64,000 bases of DNA from Ruditapes philippinarum (lineage: Eukaryota). The stretch lies in NCBI RefSeq assembly GCF_026571515.1, contig NW_026856044.1:1-64000 (forward strand). Direction: 5' to 3'. Made by a program: the position numbers and the translations under genes. Position 1 is the stretch's first letter, and every line of letters begins with the position of its first letter. The notes under the pieces are model-generated. The model was not told where the DNA came from. It did not search any database and worked only from the letters and a program-made list of their open reading frames with translations. Positions 39,001 through 51,516 of this stretch are shown here, in pieces.

Positions 39001-42000
39001 CTCTTTTGGTCGCCCAGGCCACTCGTCTCAAATGCTCGCCCTGCCCCTCTTAAATTCAGCAGCCCATTTCACAGTGCTATAGGAAAGGGACTCCTTCTCA
39101 AGTATATCCATGAAGTTTTCATGGATTTCTTTGGGGGACATTCCTTTCTTACAGAGATACATAATGACGGTTCTGATTTCAACTTTCTCCATTTGGTCTA
39201 AATGACACACACCCCTACTGATCAAAGTGTGTTTTATGTTACTTTATCTGTATAAAACCGCGTGTAACTCAGTCAGTAATCTTCAATAAGATATGGGTAT
39301 CGACGTATCGTGTGTAAATGTCAGTGTAGTTGCTAGAAGTATATCGTGCCGAGAACTTTTTGATCATACGCTCGTATATATATTTTACCTATTGAACAGT
39401 ATCAGTTCATTGCCAATTAATCAAAAGGACATACAATTTGAGTAATATTTATGTACATTTATATAATTGAATCAATACGTGACTAATAATCGGACAAATT
39501 GTGTATAACTTACTTTGCTTGTAAGGTTAAAGCAATTATTCCAGACGCTAAAGTTGTTGATGCTGAAGTTCCTTTAAAGTAATCGCACATGCCATCGTGA
39601 CTTGTAGTTTCCTTAATGAAGAGGTGTAATTAGTTTTGTACCAGAAATAATGATAATTATATTAAGTTTTAGAAGTATGCTTTTAGATACAAACTAAATT
39701 GGGTAATATCTTTCGAGTTAACATAGTAAATGTATTTTTCATAGCTGATTTTTTAATTGGCCAGATAGAATGAAAACATATGGTATTATAAAGAATTATT
39801 ATATATAGCTGAATTTCTAAAGTGGCCTCACCAAAGTCTTTGGACCTCTGAGTGTATTAAACTCTCCATATGTAGAAGCCAAGGTAGTGGCACAGGGTAT
39901 AGCATAAGAAGGTATCGAGCCGTCCTTGCCAACACTAGAAATTGTAATCGTATAAATACTGTTTGCAAGAGCTTCCATGTTACAGTCATAAACCGGACCT
40001 TTTTTATTTCCTGCAGAAAATACAAAAATGCTCCCCTTACCCGCTCTGCCCTATACAGAGAAAAAAATAAAAATATGATTTAATTATATATATGCTGTGA
40101 TGATAGAAATATTGGTTTAAAAGGCAAAAAATTAGCATTCGTTGGTTAACTTAAAATCATATCGGCATATCAATACTAGAGGTGTTTCAGATTATCATTA
40201 ACATAGACCGCATTCAACACCGTGTTTGTTTTTTGATACATTTCGAAAAAGGTAATAGTTTTGTAAATCGAGTAAATGGATATCTCAGAAATATGTTTTA
40301 TTTGAAATATTTATTAATAAAACTGTATGTGCTAGAAGTCGTAGCGTACCAGGAGAACTGTAATAGAACCATCTGTTTCATTTCATTCTTTTTTCATGTT
40401 GATTTTCCTATTTCATTTAACACTTGCATAGATCAACAAAGGAAGCAGATGTCAATTAATTACTTAAGATAAATGACATGCATAAGCTGTTATTGTATAT
40501 ATTTAAAGTGAAATTAAGGAAATTGATCAATGTTTCTAAACATACCTTTAGAACTCCTTCCTGTAACGCTGTCTTCATATCTGGGGTTGCCGATTTGTAT
40601 TTATTATGGAGATTGAAACTACAAGAGTAAATATCTATGTCTTGTCGTTTGTATTCAAGTGCAGAAGGGACATTAACTATTGAAAATGGAAATCCCTCTT
40701 TTATTGCCAAACTGATGTAATGCTTGTTTATTTGGAACACTTTTAGAGCTGAAAGGGAAATTAGAAATCGTCATTCTACGTCATCAAAGTGTAATCATGA
40801 AACATAGGTCAAACTACTACAACTTAATTGAAAGTTGAAAGTTTCTCCTTCTTACCACGAGAATACATGTACACCAATAAGATAATCAAATGATGCCGCT
40901 GTAGAACAAACAATGATTTCTTCAAACGAAATACAAATAACGGAACGCAGTATTATCAATTTGTACGTTTTGTTACGAGCTAAACGTAACAGAGAAGATA
41001 ACAAAGCAACAAATATTACAATTTTAATTGAAGAAAAACAGAAAAACAGTTATTTACAATAGTATAAGAATTATGAAAATAAAGTTTAACTAACTATTAT
41101 CCAAGACCTCGAATTTAACAAATGTCCTAAAGTTTAACTCACAGTTCAAAATTCAATTGTCCACAACTCAGATATTATCAATGTCAAATGTCCACAGCAG
41201 AATAAATACAATAAGTCCAAAGTATCCAATATGTCCCACACAGAATTACAAATCCAAACATATGTATTGCTATGTTAGCAGTACAATAGCACACAATCAG
41301 TATATCAATATCACACAACACCACAAAATAGCACACAGCTCGAAGTACAAACATTCATCATACATATACTATCAGTGAACAACTTTGAATACTAAACTAT
41401 TAGAGAAAGAATATTCCAGAATGAACATGAAGAGAACTTTCTTTGAAAGAAGATGAATCAACATGAACAATTATGTAAACATTAAATTAATAAAATTATT
41501 AAAAATAATAGTGACCTTAGGCGAAAGGAGAGGACATGCAACGTGCAAAACAATATAAACCAACGGGCCATACGGGAACCCAAAGGGACAAGGGTCGTAA
41601 TGGTGAAAGGGGAGGGGGTCAAAAATGGGAGGGTGTGTGAGAAAATACCTACCGTTAACGACAATTCAACAAGGCATAATATCACAATACATGTAAACAT
41701 TCAAAAAAATAACAACACAGACATGAAAACACGTGAAAGATCATAGAGTGGTACCGCCTTGGAACGGTCAGTGGTAGTTAAATCGGGATTAGGCGCGCAA
41801 AACCTCATTCTTAACCCCAATATGTTCCTGAATGACACGAAAGTGTAAATAAAATTAATCCCCGCCGAGTGAAATTCTAACAATGGTCATGGTTACTTTA
41901 GACGAAATAAATAAAACACAGAAAAGATTTTGTAAATATGTAGAAAAAGGTACAGCCTATTGACCATTACCAAAGTACTCGATGACTTAAAGGAAGGCAG

Positions 42001-45000
42001 AGCAACAGGAAAATCACCGACAAGGGCCCGACGAAGCAAGACAGAAGACGAACATTAAGACAATATAGTCCCAAAGGGTTTTAAGAACTGTCCATCATAG
42101 AGTCTCCCACTTAGTCGTCAGATGTAATTAAAAGAGGAAAGAGTAGCGTCCAACTGTAAAAAGGTTGAACACCAAGCATGCGGTATGCCTTAGAATAATT
42201 GGGTCATAACCTCTTTTAATAAACCGTTTGATAATTTTAGTGAAGACGGCAGAAAAATTACTATGCGTCGTAAAAGAGTTTTCAAATAACAATTAAATTT
42301 CAAAACTAAATCTGAATTACGATGGTAAAACTTCGTAAAATATTTGCGCAATTTATGATAACGATAACCTTGTTTAAGATGTTTGCTAGTAATAAATAAA
42401 TTGCGTAACACGTAGATTTTAGTTACTATAGTATTGTTAATGATAGAAATGTTTAAATCTTAAAAAGATGTTATAACGTCTGAAGAGTTAGTTTTATTCA
42501 ATTTTTAGTTCACTGGGATATAATTTAGAAACAATTTAATCGAAATAAGGATTATTCATGTTAAGGATATCATCTAGGTAGCGGGAAGTGTTGTTAAATG
42601 CATGTATAATTTCCTGGTGTGAAGTAGGGGAAAAACTTAACATAAAATCCCCCTCATAGCAGTAAAGAAATAAATCAGCTATCAGGGGTGCACAATTAGT
42701 TCCCATTTGAATGCCTATTATCTGTTTGAAAACTGTATTACCAAACCTGGCATAAATTTTATCTAATAAAAACGAAAGTGCTTAACTTACTTACTTATAA
42801 TTCCTTATGAAATCGTATTGTCATAATTGGTCTGCACGATAAATATAAAAACAAGCATATCAATTAAAAGCGTTTATAGTTTGTTACACACTCAGTTAAG
42901 GTGAACACAATGAAATTTGAAATGTTTAAAATTAGTTTGCAAACCTGCCAACTTTGCATTAAATGCAACTCCAGCAGAACATATTTGATTACCAAATTCC
43001 GCACCAATAAGTCCAGCCGCCATTGTTCCATGACTGCAAAATCAATATTGAACACGTCAAATATATATATTTATGTATGTAGGTAGGTAGGTATGTACTT
43101 AGTATGAACGTGTGTGCGTGTGTGCGTGTGTGTGCGCGTGCGTGCGTGCGTGTGTGAAAGAATAAAAAGACAATTATGTTTTCTTTCCTTTTTAAGATAT
43201 ATTTTTTCAGTTCAATAAAGTATTATTTAATGAAGGACGTTTAACATTGTACAATATGTAACTGATTATGCTACTTTAAGCAAAAGTAAGGGACAGTGAG
43301 ACAGACAGCTATAAGATAAAAAAAATAGCACCTTGTTACTTCCTCGGTTTCCATGTAGTCTCTAAAACGGTCAGGACTAACAAAGCTGTAATTTTTGTCC
43401 ACAAAACTGTACGAAAGATTCAAATCCTGTAAATGGAAACAAAAATATGCTGGCCTTGTGCTATTTCTTCAAAACTTTAATTACCCTCATAAAGGTGCTA
43501 GAGATCACATGTTTAGATTGATAGGACTGGTGCATTAATTTTTTCAAGAAAAATGTTTAGCTTATATAGCTTATTAAAGCAAAGGGTCAAAAAAGGGTTT
43601 TTGGGAAAGGGGAACTATATTTTTATGATTATTTGTTTTCTTTTTTTTTTAAAACACAGTTTGAAACTTTGGGGGCTGATTTCCAAAAAAAAAAATTTAA
43701 AACAAATTTTCCCGGGCTGTGGGTTTATTAGGGCTTTTAAAAAAACTGGGAAAAATAAATTCCCCCATATTCGATACTATAAATATTTTTTTTTATACTT
43801 CTGGCATTTTTCTTAAAAAACAACTTACAATGTTTCGTTTTAAGTCCGGGTGGTCAACAGCTACTCCAATATCTACAATAGCAACATTGACGCCAAGTCC
43901 TGTGTAGCCCAGTGACCATGCTTCCTGGATGTCCATTCCATAGTACGGCCAGCACTGCTTTTTCTAAAAATCGATATTGTTATCGTTGATTTAAAGGGTA
44001 TCGATACCATTAAGTATAACAAATCCCCACTATAAAATGTATGTACATTTCACTATTGTTGATCATTATTGTTACTTATATTTAAATAATTGCAATTACA
44101 TTTTATAACGTTTCAACAGGGTCAATTGTGATTTTCATTCCATACAAAATGATATTGTACTAAGTAGCATATTCGTCTGGTGTTGTATAATTTGCAATAT
44201 CTCCGGTGATGTAAAATCTGGATAATCTATGCAATATCAGCTTAGTGAAATATTATATAAAGATATTTAAAAATTATATTATTAGTAGCTTCTTATTTGA
44301 AACGACAGCTTGATTTAAAAAATGTCCGTAATTACACATCACTTACGTTTTCATACTTGATTGGTTTAAGAAACCATCGTTCAAGCGTTTGTTTTTCGCT
44401 ACTTTGATTTCTCCACGTGTGATATTTAACAATCACTTTTGCCCGCCTTTCTGCATGTTCAATCTGTAAGAATACAATGACTTATATTATACACAAATCA
44501 TTTGATATTCGTGTGGCGGAATGGCCGATTGGTTTATGCGACGGACTCATTGTTATTATCACTAGCCATGTTTGGCTAGCCACTGTTTTCCTTGAATATG
44601 AAACTGACATTCATTGATCAGCTACTGTTTGGTTCTAGGAACGGATTACAGATTGTATCTGTAAGCGTATATAGCTACCTTCGAAATAAAAAAAAAATAA
44701 AATAAACTCTGTATTAAATACGATACATTTACAGAAAATATATCAGGTTGATTTATCTAATAAAACATAAATGCAAATATCAACCAGCGAGAATAAGATA
44801 AAGGTTCATTACCTGCACCAACACTAAGTCTCAAATTCATAAAAATAACAATACGCCTTTTGTCAGATAGTACCTTACAGAAATAATAAAAAATAAACAA
44901 TACAATGGTATTAGCATAGAAAATGGACTAAATGGCAGGACATGCGATAAAACCAACATAAAGATATAGAACTTATATAAATAAATGCATGACAACTTTC

Positions 45001-47045
45001 AAATCTATTCTAGGTTCTTAATATTGCTAACATTTCTGACCGGATAGTTTGTTATTGTATTATTATGTCAGCAGTTTGTTACCAAATTGGTTGTTGTTTC
45101 ATTGAAACCTGCTTTATCATTTACGTAGATTTCTTTATCTACCACTTTCTATATTTTATTATTTAAGTTTTAATTCAAACATCCTAAATTAGAACAACTT
45201 ATTATTTAAATTATGCAATGTTTCTTATATAAACGTAGCTACGAGATGTATGACGCTCTTAATATGTTTAATTTTTATTCCGAAAACATAAAGAATACTA
45301 CATTATGAAAATCCAATTTTCAATGTTATTCTATGCTCTATGTGATAATGAAGGGACGTCAAAATAAGACAACACGTGGTGCCAAACAATAAAAGAAAAT
45401 CATAAAGAACGAACTTGATTATTTTTCTCTATTTACCCCAGCGTACTAAGTATACAAGAAAGAACTCTAAATGGATGTGATAATCACATATAAAAAGTAT
45501 ATACTACAGTAGTTCATAAATCATACTGGGGTTAGCCAAGTCATATCGTAATAAACCTATTCTTTTGTTCAAATATGTAATACATTAACTCTTATAATTA
45601 AATGAAAGAAATAATTTTTACCTTATTCCCGAAATGTTTCTTGAAACCTTTAATGTCAGCAGATTTGCCCGCCCCGGTAGAAAGATTCGCTTCAAACAAG
45701 AATACATTTGACACAAGCTGCAAAAGGAAAGTAGATTTCTAAGAAATGTATGCATCATTTCCAAAGGCTTCTGAGCAGCAGATTTTGATAAAAAATATTT
45801 ATCTCCTAAAATGCCTAAAATCCTCCTAAAACCTATTTCCTTTATCATTTTACCTTTACAAGACTCGACAATGTATATCATTATTTCACGCTATTAAATT
45901 TTGACACAAATAAAAATAGGGCGTCCAGGGAAAGGGGTTAAAATCAAACCATTTTCCCCTCCCCACTGATGGTTCTAATCCCGTTATGGACTTTATATTC
46001 TTCAATGTGAGAAACATACCCAGCAATATTATCTGGGTCTACTCAGACGCCCGTGCGTATCTATAATAATGCACGGAAGGGCATCAGAGGTCTTCCTCCA
46101 CCAGTAAACGCTTAAAAGTCGTCATATGACCTTAAATGTATTGGGTGCGACGTAACATACATTAAGAATGTACAAAAAGAAATAAAAATGTAAAACGACA
46201 AATATACAGATATAATTTGAGGAATAAATGGTATGAAACAAAACAGTGAATTATTTTTTAGTTTATATATGAGTGTTACTTAAACAATTAAACAGTTTGC
46301 ATAAAAAACTCCTGTTTGTTTTTAACATAATTGTAAACCAGCGCAAGCTTCTTAAGGTAACAGTGTACCCATTACAGGGTAAATGGTGAGTGTACGGGTA
46401 AAGTCGAAATAACTTTACGTTTTGAAAAAAAAATGTGTTTAATGATATATTTAACTATGCAAATGTAATCATTAACGTTAGCCACGGACATTTCTATGTA
46501 TATCGTTAGGAATGTGTCGGTAACGTTCATTTAAAAAAAAAGTGGGGCAGTCTTTTTATATAATTTGGGTAGGTTTTTTATATTACATCTTTACATTTAT
46601 GACTATCAATTATTAGTTAATGCCCATTATGCTAGTCAATCTTTTGAAAAAAAATTACTAATTCAAGCTATAATTCAACTGACCTTGACAGCGGAAAAAA
46701 ATCATCATAACTTTTATTGATTAGGTTCTGTACGACAACTTGAACAAAATCACATAGAAAACGCGATTGATGTCAAAATGTACTTGAATAATACACAACA
46801 TGGTTCTATGTATTCTAACGATACTCTTACCCAACCCATCTAATCCGTTATAGTAATAGTAAAATACAAAACAATGTCACCTTTCTTTTGAATGCTAGTC
46901 CAAACAGATGGGATTCCGATTTCACCGAATCTATCCACTGTGTTTGTATCTGAATAATATAATCCTGTTTCTGCTGTACAAATTTCAATGAATCAATATA
47001 AACAAAACAGTAAATAAACAATATTACATGACATGTGGTTTTCAT
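33052..47045 (-). CDS. PC-B: divergent furin/kexin-family proprotein convertase-like serine protease, 703 aa, 13 exons, C-terminal TM
   Basis: Exons 46881-47045, 45622-45717, 44347-44463, 43829-43963, 43332-43426, 42945-43033, 40546-40748, 39832-40050, 39514-39611, 37864-37979, 36719-36839, 33540-33865, 33052-33383. All GT-AG, one open frame (2112 nt). Asp codon 43871-43873 (IVDIG), His 43030-43032 (HGTMAAG), oxyanion Asn 40006-40008 (SAGN), Ser 39564-39566 (GTSAS). P domain LEHVQV...HFWGENPTG. Confidence 0.93.
33915..35188 (+). mobile_element. Decayed mariner (Tc1/mariner, irritans-like) transposon, intron 11 of PC-B
   Basis: TIRs ...tatgatcaaaaagtt / aactttttgatcaatcctcg-TA. Frameshifted transposase from ATG 34069: [13 protein letters not shown]..., [25 protein letters not shown]. 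Confidence 0.9.
35509..36190. repeat. 282-bp tandem repeat (~2.4 units) of a dispersed repeat
   Basis: Units start at about 35509, 35791 and 36073 (aaatctggaaacaaagtgatccct...). A partial copy lies at 37268-37449 and a degenerate inverted copy at about 3235-3350. Confidence 0.85.
38183..39374 (-). mobile_element. Decayed mariner transposon, intron 9 of PC-B
   Basis: Both TIRs present. ORF fragments [33 protein letters not shown]. Confidence 0.92.
41700..42780 (-). mobile_element. Penelope-like retroelement RT fragment (5' truncated), intron 6 of PC-B
   Basis: Minus-strand translation ...[31 protein letters not shown]...[15 protein letters not shown] and ...[19 protein letters not shown]. 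The 3' region contains actgaccgttccaaggcggtac. Boundaries approximate. Confidence 0.8.
43109..43156. repeat. (GT)n/(GCGT)n microsatellite, intron 5 of PC-B
   Basis: Direct reading. An equivalent, longer tract sits at 62177-62284 in PC-C. Confidence 0.9.
44512..44680 (+). mobile_element. Degenerate tRNA-derived SINE, intron 2 of PC-B
   Basis: A-box-like gtggcggaatggccgattggttta. Body homologous to 63552-63735 at the equivalent intron position. Confidence 0.6.
45962..46160 (+). mobile_element. SINE fragment (Deu-like domain), intron 1 of PC-B
   Basis: ggttctaatcccg B-box-like motif followed by ...ataatgcacggaagggcatcagaggtcttcctccaccagtaaa...catatgacc. Homologous to 19215-19405. Confidence 0.6.
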
Positions 47046-47327
47046 TCTCTATTCTATAAAACACATCTACAATAAAACATAACATAGTTTAAACCGGGTT
47101 TATATCCCCTTATCTTTATTTCGTCAGGATATCAACTATCTTTCATTATAAACATAAATATTAAAGTGAAGACACTTGTTTAGACATGACTGGAATTGAT
47201 ATTTAATACTTTAGGTCACATAATCATTGAGGTGTTTTGATAAGGTACATAAAAATACACAATACCTGTAGTTTACGTAAGACATGAAAACATCAGATAA
47301 GATATTATTGTCGGCGAGACACATGCA

Positions 47328-48233
47328 TACGGAAGCACAGAGGTATGGAAGCACAGAGGGGACATTCCTGTTTTATTTTATTTTCCTATCTCGTGGCCAC
47401 GAGATATAACTCAGAAAAAAACAACAGAAATTACAAATTACTTATCTCGTTCCCACAAGATATAAGTCAGAAAAAAAATTGCTATCTCGTGGCCACGAGT
47501 TATAACTCAGAAAAAAAATTGCTATCTCGTGGCCATGAGTTAGCCGTCCAATCAGATGAACACATCTAAGTCGTGGAAACGAGTTAGCTGACCAATAAAA
47601 TCGAAGATGTGCTCGTTGATTTCGGCGCGAGTAGACATACTTGCCAAGATGGCGGCCTATAGAATGATTTTATGTCAACGAGATAGAATAAAAAGCTAAA
47701 AAAAAAAAGCTTATTGGCCGATTAACTCGTGGTAACAATATAGCAAATTTTTGTTTTTTTGGTTTGTTTTTTTTCTTCTAAGTTATAACTCGTGGGAACG
47801 AAATAGCAAATTTTTGTTTTTTGTTGTTTTTTTCTGACTTATATCTTGTGGGAACGAGTTAAGTAATTTTTGTTTTCTTTCTGAGTTATAACTCGTGGCC
47901 ACGAGATAGTGTTTTAATGTTTTGTTTTTTTCTTAGTTGTATCTCGTGGGAACGAGAAAGCATTTTGTTATTTTCTGAGTTACATCTCGTGGCAACGAGA
48001 TAGGAAAATAAAATAAAATCGGAATGTCCTCTCGGTGCTTCCGTACGAAAAAGCAAATTTAGTTGGGTTTTTTGTATTTTTTTCTGAGTTATATCTCGTG
48101 GGAACGAAATAACGATTTTTTTTGTCTGAGTTGTATCTCGTAGCCACGAGATAAATTTTTTTCTAAGTTATATCTCGTGGCCACGAGAAAGGCAAATGAA
48201 ATAAAATCGGAATGTCCCCTCTGTGCTTCCGTA
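47328..48233. mobile_element. Foldback/MITE-like DNA element with repeat-rich arms, upstream of PC-B
   Basis: TIRs tacggaagcacagag(g)ggacattcc / ggaatgtcccctctgtgcttccgta. Arms are built of ctcgtggccacgag / ctcgtgggaacgag repeats. Putative 6-bp TSD catgca/catgcg. Right terminus duplicated at about 48020-48045. Confidence 0.8.
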
Positions 48234-49356
48234 CATGCGTGTGTGTGGTTGGACTGTTTACTTTAACTTTTTAAAGGGACACCACTGAGGTTTAAAAGCC
48301 TAAAAACATAACATTAGAATTTTTTTCATAAATGAACTGGGGCGCTTTAAACAGAAATATATGCAAAGATAGTTAATATACTTTAAAATAAATCAAAAAT
48401 CGTAGTTTTATGCCTTTCTTAACCTAATTTGAGTGAAAAGCGTTTAAATGCTTTTCATTTTGGGTCATTTTTTTACAATTTGAATAATTATTATGGAAAA
48501 ACGAAGTGCGCGAATGATCTGAAAGTTTGCACAAAGATTCGTGGTCTACACCTACATCAAATGGTACCTTCATCTGGAAAAAATATTTTCAGTCCCATCA
48601 TGTCAAAAAACCTCAGTGGAGTCCCTTTAAGTTACTAACGATATCTTTTTATGTCATAGCTAATGATTTGTTACTTGATAACATTATTCGAAAAAGGAAA
48701 TTTACGTATCGTTGAACTTTGCATCTTTAAATGTTACCTCTGTTGTTTTCTTGATGTACAAAATAAAAAATATTTAAAGAATGAATAAGTTTTATTTAAA
48801 TTGTTTTAACGAATCATTATAGATATGATGTATGTACACTTCATTCACTATTGATTTTACTGACCCATATATTTTAATAAACATATTCTGGAAGCATTTT
48901 TTAAACCCTCTCATTTTTCATCTTTGTCTATTTATTTTTCTGACCCATATAATTTAAGGAACACATTCTAGAAGCATTTTTTAAACTCGCACAATTTTTA
49001 CAGAAACGTTACATTGAAGGTTTAGTAATGATCTGGTAATATCTGCTAGAAATCAAGCTGGTTCTGAGAATATGCCTATTAGAAAAACCGTTTCACCTCG
49101 CTTTACGACTCCATAATTATTAAAGAGAGCATTTTAAAGCAGGAGAACATCAATTCCAATACTCTGCTCTCCTAAACACTTAAGTTTTCAACGAATAAAT
49201 GGAATAAATTGATAAAAGTCAAGGTTTTGTGAGAACATTCTTTTTATCCTCAAAGATTAAACATATATGAAGCGAAGGTTTTTGTCAAGAGAATAGATAC
49301 ATTTATATCATTCATAACAATATATCATTTTCTTCTTGTATTTAAAAGGTGGTAAC

Positions 49357-51516
49357 TTATCCTATCACTTCGTTTTGTTGTCCAACTCTGGAAAAGACAA
49401 TTATTATTTATAAATGTGCATTTTTTAAATAAATATAAGAAGAATCTTGCATTTTATAAACTAATTGCATTTAAGATATATTTCAATAATGTGTTTGACA
49501 TGAAATTCTTCTGCAATCTCAGAAAATAGTATTATATAAAATTGCTAAAGTGATAATGTAAGCAAATTACCTTAACTCGCACAGCGCAGCCCTCGATGTA
49601 GTACATGCCACATCTGCCCATCTAAATTTAAGTAAGTGGCCAAACATTGCACAGTCTTCACCTTCGAATGCATCCTGGGGCTCGCTAGGTGCCCAGTCTA
49701 GATAAGGTGCTACGGTATTGTCTCCGTCATTCAACTTCCAAATTCCCTCAACAAGTTCATCTGTCATCCCCAGCCAATAGTCTATATCAACTATACATTC
49801 CAAAAGATATATATATTAATTTCAAGTAAGTTGAATAAGTTAAATAAACTATTTTCCTTCTCCTCGTGATAACTTAGTATCTGTTCATTAAAAATGTCAT
49901 AAATATGTGTCAAGATAGACTGTCATAATATCATTATAAATTTGAAAAAGTATTACATAAATTACAATAGCCATGTATTGGAGTCTGTAAGGTCGATTTC
50001 AAAGTTGTTAACCTTTTAAGTGATCCGCCATGTAACCTTTAAGGAACATATCCTCTTCTCGAGTATCTACATGAACCAGTCCACTGTTGTCGTGTTGACG
50101 ACAATATGCCTAGAATAAACATAGTATAATATCAATGGCCCTTTTCGCATTTAAAGAGCTCTTAATTTGAATTAAAATTTTACATCTTTACAATTTCAAC
50201 GAAATTATCATTCATTTAGTAATACAAATAGAAAATATTAATAAATGAATAGGGTATCAAATTAAATGAAATGATGCCCGGTGATTTTAGGAAGGAAAGA
50301 TTTATCATAATTAAAATAACTTTTTGAAATAAATGCTATATACATGCATGTATTTCGTTTAGTAGTACCAAAGAAAAACTATCTCCAAAATAGTTGTTTA
50401 CTTTAACGATATAATTAATCAAACGTTATCTGAATCATAATTTTCTTATCTTCTTTCAATCGTGCTTTAGAATACAGCAAAGAAATCGGGTAATTGGACT
50501 ATTAGATAAAGGTATTGACCTCGGCCTCGGTAAAATGAATATTTCCTGAACCAAATAGGTAACATGATCCATGAAAGGCCAGCCATCCGTCTGGGCAATC
50601 GGTGGCTGATGTTATACCTAATCAAATAAGACAAATAAAAATAAATATTGACCTGAATATCTATTGAAATTGCAATAAAGGCGGATATGTGAACACCGTA
50701 GAAAGGAATTTAGACATTAAAACTTGTAATGAAATAAAGAAATACTGAGAACGTAATGGGAAACACTGTTGTGATGTTCTATACAGTAGTTATATATGTT
50801 TACATATTGAAATCTAGGGACGAGAATCCATTTTTCAAATAATTATTTTGCGGTGATTAAGAGAATATTTTTATTAAAATCAGTATTCTTTCCAACCTGT
50901 CCTAGAGTGAGAGTGCAAACTGTATTCAACTTAATAGTTTTTATACTGGTGGCATTGTTTTAAAAATACATTATAACGTTACAAAATGTGAAAATTTAAC
51001 CAACGAGTCATTAATAACCTACCTGTTATTAATTAAGTACTACGAGTAACTTTTAAAAAAAGATAATACACAGTACTGAAGGCCTCATAGAATAATAGTG
51101 ATCTATAAAGAATCTCACAAACATTTAACGGACCGAAGTATGTTGTGTGCCTTAGTAGTGCCCACTTGTATAATAGATGAAATATGCACTCATTTGTGTA
51201 AGGTAAAATAGTCACAGAATTGATAAATATGTATTATATTTAATGGAACCGAAACAAAAGGATATACGATTACTTATGGTAGTAAATTAATTAAATTAAT
51301 TACTTTTTTCCGTGGCCCTTACCAAAGTAATTGATAAAAGAGAAGTTACATATTAAAGTCTTCTTTATAATACAATGTAGTAAATTAATCAATTATATCA
51401 ATTAATCTGTCTGTGAATTGTATCAAAGAAATTCATTAAAGAGAAGTTACATAAATAAGTAAAAGTAGCGTTTAAAATTGCTTACCAATTAAATACAATA
51501 CCAGTAATTGAATCAT
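49357..51516 (-). CDS. Secreted single-CRD C-type lectin (perlucin-like), 158 aa, 5 exons
   Basis: Exons 51486-51516, 50520-50617, 50013-50109, 49571-49790, 49357-49387, phases compatible. Translation: MIQLLVLYLIGITSATDCPDGWLAFHGSCYLFGSGNIHFTEAEAYCRQHDNSGLVHVDTREEDMFLKGYMADHLKVDIDYWLGMTDELVEGIWKLNDGDNTVAPYLDWAPSEPQDAFEGEDCAMFGHLLKFRWADVACTTSRAALCELRVGQQNEVIG*. The last exon is less certain; the alternative is a stop at 49567. Confidence 0.9.
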
